This document shows positions 60,701-64,000 of a DNA stretch of 64,000 bases, piece by piece. Each line of letters opens with the position of its first letter. The stretch's first letter is position 1. The notes below the pieces were generated by a model, which saw only the letters and a program-made list of their open reading frames with translations, made no database searches and was not told the DNA's origin. The stretch is from Phallusia mammillata. Taxonomy: Eukaryota. A program made the position numbers and the translations under genes. The stretch is taken from NCBI GenBank assembly GCA_965637545.1, contig OZ281494.1:31496001-31560000 (forward strand), given 5' to 3'.

Positions 60701-63430
60701 CTTAGACGTGGTCAAGTTCTCAAATCAAAAGATTGAAAAAAATACTACATTACACCACTATAACGGCGTTATAAACGGAACTCTACGGAAGTTTCAAACG
60801 TTTCAAACACAAGTTTCATGCAAGTGTTACATTTGGTCACCTCTTTAAATGTGCCTTGATCTCATTTGATGTTGTTTCGCCCATAACAGTCCCGGATGTG
60901 ATTACAGTGGACAAATATCCTACAAAATCCTTCACCCTTTGCGCGGGAACCGTTGAGTGTTGGAAATGACTGTGCTTGAACCCTTTTCCTTCGCTCTTAT
61001 CTCGTAGGTCGTAATATCTGTCGACGTGTGAAAGTTAATTTTTAAGTCTGCTGAAGTTACTGACGTGTTGGTTTTAAATTCCTTATTTAAACGACCGTAT
61101 TCAACAATTGACTGTTGAGGTGCGTGGTTTTACAGTCTAAGAACGTTTTTTAGGCTACAACATTGCAAGCCGCAAATAGCCTCGTGTTATGGGGTCGAAT
61201 CGATGCTTAATATAGATCAGTTTTTAGCCGACACCTTGTCTTTTGAAAGTGCCCGGAAGACCCAATCAATTCAGTATACTGCTTCTAGTAGGCCAGCCCT
61301 ATTGTGATTTATATATCAGTGTTCCGTTATCCCAGTTATAATGATGCTCTTCCATATATGTTTGTGAGGGATAATGACACTTCGTTGTTATTGATCAACG
61401 TTCATTTACCAAATAATTGTAATTGCGGTCATGCACCTGATATACCAGAACAGGTGGTTACTCTTCAGAATTTTTTCACCAGGGCGGCAAAACTTGGTGT
61501 TCACTTGTTCTCCCCAAATTGCTTTCCTGGCAAAGAGGTGGGTGTAGGGAAGAATTGATATCCTGCGCAGATTCGAATAACTGACCAAACTGAATTTAAT
61601 CTCCTTGTTTGTGATCTTCAAGAAAAAAACAAGTTTTTAATATTTTGTTCTTGTTCTTTACTTAGTTCGAGGATCCACCAATAAACGTTCTGGTACCATT
61701 CAGTTTATATTCTAAGTTATACCGGTATTTTTCGTAGCAAAAAAGGGCTTAGCTAAATTTGAATCCATAGTAAACAAGTAACATAGGAAGAATACGAATT
61801 TACACAAATATTGATTGTCTCACCCACCTCTGTCACAACAGCCTGCTGGTAACTTCTCTCTTGTTGATCCTGAAATAGCTTGGCCAGTGTAAACTGCATT
61901 AGTTCCCTCTCGTAATCTTTAGCGTCGTTTTGACGCAGAGACAGTTGCTTGCATGTTCTAAAACGAATTCATTAAAAATGCTTTCGCAGCCTTCCTAAAA
62001 TCTTTTTGAAGCAAAGCCCAGGCAAGAAAAAAGGTGATTATCCCTTTGAAATATTTACGTTCAAACAGATTGAAATTGCCAGAGATTATAAGCACTAAGC
62101 ATTAAATATTTTTCATTACATAGGTTCGAGCGTTCTAACTTTGCCGAATATGTTAACTTTAAAGCAGCCGCTTTAGGCCTGGTTTTGGAGAACCTATGTT
62201 CGTATTCTATACAGCCAAAAATGTAAACATGGCTTGCTCATATCATCTGAGATATAATAGCATGATGAAACGTTATGTGCCTTCATTTCTTTAAAACAGT
62301 ACAATTTAATTCGACCTACTCGTTTAAGCCTTTTTCTTGAGACATTTCTTCCAGTACAATAACATCATCCCGTCTGGCGGGCTGATTGGATTTCTTACAG
62401 ATTTTGATGATCTGGCGTTGTGCTATGATGTCTGTGTAACGCCGAATTGGAGAGGAGCACCAGGAGTAAAACGGGAGGCGGAGTGAGAAGTGGGAGTGAG
62501 AGGAGGGGAGGTTTTCATCAACACGGGAGGCTTCTTTAAGTGTTGCTCGCTTTTGTATCCCGATTAACCTGGTCAATGTTAGGTTGAAAGTTTTAGTCTT
62601 TTAATTGACTTTGAAAAAGATACTAGGCCTATCACTTAGTTGAAAAACATATGTATGTAAATTGATTTATGTAACATCCTTAGTAAAGGGTGCATGACTT
62701 TAGTTTAGACTTATCAAAGTTTACTTTTTTATGTTCATATACAGATTTTTGCACACTTATTAACATTAATTTTAAAAAAACATTGCATAACTGGACATGT
62801 TTTTCTGAACTTTAGTTTCTTGAGCTTACCCGTCATTGGCGGGGCAAATAGAAGGTTGTAGTCCATCACACGAGAAAAGCATCAGAGCTAGATCAAGATC
62901 TCCTTCTTGCAAAGCTTCTTTGATGCAAACTAATAGTTCGGGTAAAACGTGCAAGTCCTGTGCGGATAAAAGTATTGTGATATTCCACACATAATGAGGG
63001 TGCTTACCGGTTTCAGTCAGCACTGAGCCGAACAGACACTCAGTCTTGATATTCGAGTAAGTGTAAAAAAATCAAATAGAAAATAGTATTTCGTAAAAAC
63101 AGTCTTACAACCATCAAATGCTTAGTTTTATGTGTTATGGCTCTTTCGTCGTTTCAATTAATAGATGCGTCCCATCAAAGTTTGATAACCACTTAGCTAA
63201 TTTAACATGGCCACGGACAAAAATACCCAAAATCGTGCTTTTCTGTAATCAAAAAGCAATGGACGTACGTGTCTCGGTGTTGGCAAGTCCTCTGGAAGTT
63301 GTTGGTTGAGATAATTGACCCTTGACTTGAGTGAGAGCGATAGTTGGATTTGCGAGTCGTAGCGGAACATCCAGTCTCTCCATTCCTCCTCTAAGGGTGG
63401 ATCCTGGCACCGTAGGAGGAAATTGCACCT
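51607..63430 (-). CDS. HELZ2: HELZ2-like RNB exoribonuclease / UPF1-like SF1 helicase, 3' part (20 exons, about 1157 aa; 5' end outside the window)
   Basis: Frame-consistent exons encode the RNB end motif HFSL...YSWCSSPIRRYTD, then QGPPGTGKS, CGPSNKSVD, DEAG, GDQKQLQP, LQYRM, SQGSERD and LGFVTDPHQINVAITR. RNB followed by a C-terminal SF1 helicase is the HELZ2 architecture. Confidence 0.9.
52140..52307 (-). CDS. HELZ2: HELZ2-like exon (motifs V-VI)
   Basis: SERDYVILSTVR...LGFVTDPHQINVAITRSRRGLCII. Confidence 0.94.
52504..52666 (-). CDS. HELZ2: HELZ2-like exon
   Basis: DIMVLSPYKAQ...TVVTSQG. Confidence 0.93.
53099..53326 (-). CDS. HELZ2: HELZ2-like exon
   Basis: ICDFPSSHFYNSAL...NSKYN. Confidence 0.92.
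53679..53813 (-). CDS. HELZ2: HELZ2-like exon (motif III)
   Basis: VVLIGDQKQLQPV...SMFERL...LTLQYRM. Confidence 0.94.
54020..55209. repeat. Tandem array: three near-identical 160-bp units (54741, 54901, 55061) after several diverged ~125-bp units
   Basis: Unit CATTTTAGGGGGCTAGCGGGGTAAATACTGGGGTTATCAAC...AAATTTCAGCCAAATCC... Confidence 0.88.
55389..55528 (-). CDS. HELZ2: HELZ2-like exon (Walker B)
   Basis: CIIDEAGMCSEPETLVP. Confidence 0.94.
56043..56170 (-). CDS. HELZ2: HELZ2-like exon
   Basis: ELSRHDVIICTCTGSA. Confidence 0.92.
56335..56545. repeat. Tandem duplication, period about 140 bp
   Basis: AATTCAGACGT...GTGTGGTAAG.GCCTTGAAAACCA...TCGGC.ATAGTT occurs twice. Confidence 0.8.
56562..56766 (-). 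CDS. HELZ2: HELZ2-like exon
   Basis: KILRVYG...SITLHKIIR. Confidence 0.92.
57270..57395 (-). CDS. HELZ2: HELZ2-like exon (Walker A, motif Ia)
   Basis: TGKS...ILYCGPSNKSVDVVA. Confidence 0.94.
57503..57673 (-). mobile_element. tRNA-derived SINE
   Basis: Minus strand TGTAGCTCAATTGGCAGAGC...TTCGAATCAC; same body. Confidence 0.72.
57894..58147 (-). CDS. HELZ2: HELZ2-like exon (motif Q, start of Walker A)
   Basis: LNNEQ...TLVQGPPG. Confidence 0.93.
58549..58741 (-). CDS. HELZ2: HELZ2-like exon
   Basis: YTWVAHA...TVEYIP. Confidence 0.88.
59002..59112 (-). CDS. HELZ2: HELZ2-like exon
   Basis: GYFTL...FLCIRV. Confidence 0.87.
59434..59580 (-). CDS. HELZ2: HELZ2-like exon
   Basis: QYANVWLPVLRLDGVYCAV. 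Confidence 0.87.
60184..60515 (-). CDS. HELZ2: HELZ2-like exon
   Basis: ILVQL...LEPTVQL...DFDLCLSH. Confidence 0.85.
60841..61017 (-). CDS. HELZ2: HELZ2-like exon
   Basis: YYDLRDKSE...KAHLKR; phases fit, weak donor. Confidence 0.75.
61437..61615 (-). CDS. HELZ2: HELZ2-like exon
   Basis: ITNKEIKF...LPYTHL...LFWYIR; phases fit. Confidence 0.75.
61828..61957 (-). CDS. HELZ2: HELZ2-like exon
   Basis: QNDAKDYERELMQFTLA; phases fit neighbours. Confidence 0.85.
62320..62568 (-). CDS. HELZ2: HELZ2-like exon (RNB SPIRRY motif)
   Basis: HSHFSLRLPFYSWCSSPIRRYTDIIAQRQI. Confidence 0.93.
62830..62957 (-). CDS. HELZ2: HELZ2-like exon (RNB)
   Basis: DLHVLPELL...DGLQPSICPA. Confidence 0.87.
63269..63430 (-). 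CDS. HELZ2: HELZ2-like exon (RNB)
   Basis: RCNFLLRCQDPP...LSLSLK. Confidence 0.85.
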
Positions 63431-63763
63431 CTGTGTAAAGAGAAATCGTAAGGAACGATACATATCAACAATTTGAATGCACTTCGTGACCGACGTTTCG
63501 ATGTGCCATGTTTCAAATGCTGACAGCTTGAGTTAATCGCATACCGGTTTATATCAACACACTCCGTTTTATTGCATACTAAATCATATACGTTCTGTAC
63601 AGCAGTGTTTTCAACCTCTTCCGTCACGGGGACCCCTTGAAAATTTCGGCAAAATTCTGTAAACCACTTGTAGAATATTGGTTTGAAAATATTAGGTTAA
63701 TCCCACAAAAAAGGTTGTCTATATTTAGGATTCCGATTCACAACACAAACTACAAGAGCTTTC

Positions 63764-63811
63764 ATTGCTCTGAAGAAGCCCTTCTGTTTTGGTGGGCGAA
63801 ACGTCAGCAAT
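63764..63811 (+). ncRNA. Minimal type I hammerhead ribozyme (Penelope-like element type), intact core
   Basis: ATTGCT-CTGAAGA-A-GCCC-12 nt loop-GGGC-GAAA-C-GTC-AGCAAT: 6-bp stem I, 4-bp stem II, palindromic ACGT stem III, GUC cleavage triplet. Confidence 0.85.
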
Positions 63812-64000
63812 TTAATGTTCTTAAAAAAACAACTTTATTCTGTTTAGAATCACACCAGTTGAGCGACAAACTTTGTCAAACAAACAACAAAAGCAACAAT
63901 ACAAGCTACAAAACTTATTTAACGTGCTTTGTATACGCAAAAATGTAACTTAAAAAAATTGTCGTTTTTCAAACAAAAAAGAACGAGAAAAAGTAATACC

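Noticed and set aside
61304-61558. 84-aa + strand ORF
   Set aside because: Largely antisense shadow of the HELZ2 exon at 61437-61615
62240-62280. CTGAGA...GAAACGTT as a hammerhead
   Set aside because: Core is one nucleotide short and stem II does not pair
63008-63044. 37-nt AG/GT-bounded extra HELZ2 exon
   Set aside because: Breaks the frame; the flanking exons already join in phase 0 and match the HELZ2 pattern
63440-63627. 78-aa minus-strand ORF as a further HELZ2 exon
   Set aside because: No RNB motifs or usable splice sites; overlaps a hAT-like terminus at 63603 and the hammerhead half-motif

Overview
Eukaryotic, AT-rich, intron-dense DNA from an invertebrate chordate-like genome (probably an ascidian; this is inference). 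It holds two convergent spliced genes. (1) A complete myosin-X (MYO10) on the + strand, 47 coding exons from 5452 to 47091. All exon phases join into one ORF of about 2061 aa: SH3-like N-terminus, motor, four IQ motifs, SAH, a proline-rich insert, coiled coil, acidic region, 3 PH, MyTH4, FERM. It has a U12-type intron before a 14-nt YLLEK microexon. (2) The 3' part of a HELZ2-like RNB exoribonuclease/SF1 helicase on the - strand, 20 exons from 63430 to 51607 (about 1157 aa), whose 5' end lies beyond the window. Introns carry hAT/Buster MITEs (one with a BED-finger transposase fragment), a Mutator-type MITE, Tc1/pogo-type MITEs, a tRNA-derived SINE family and tandem repeats. The most unexpected signal is a set of Penelope-type minimal hammerhead ribozyme motifs: one intact copy at 63764-63811, antisense to its host gene, and several mutated copies. 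Three of the mutated copies sit inside a small foldback element family with long inverted arms. All coordinates and alignments were read by hand; no database search was run.
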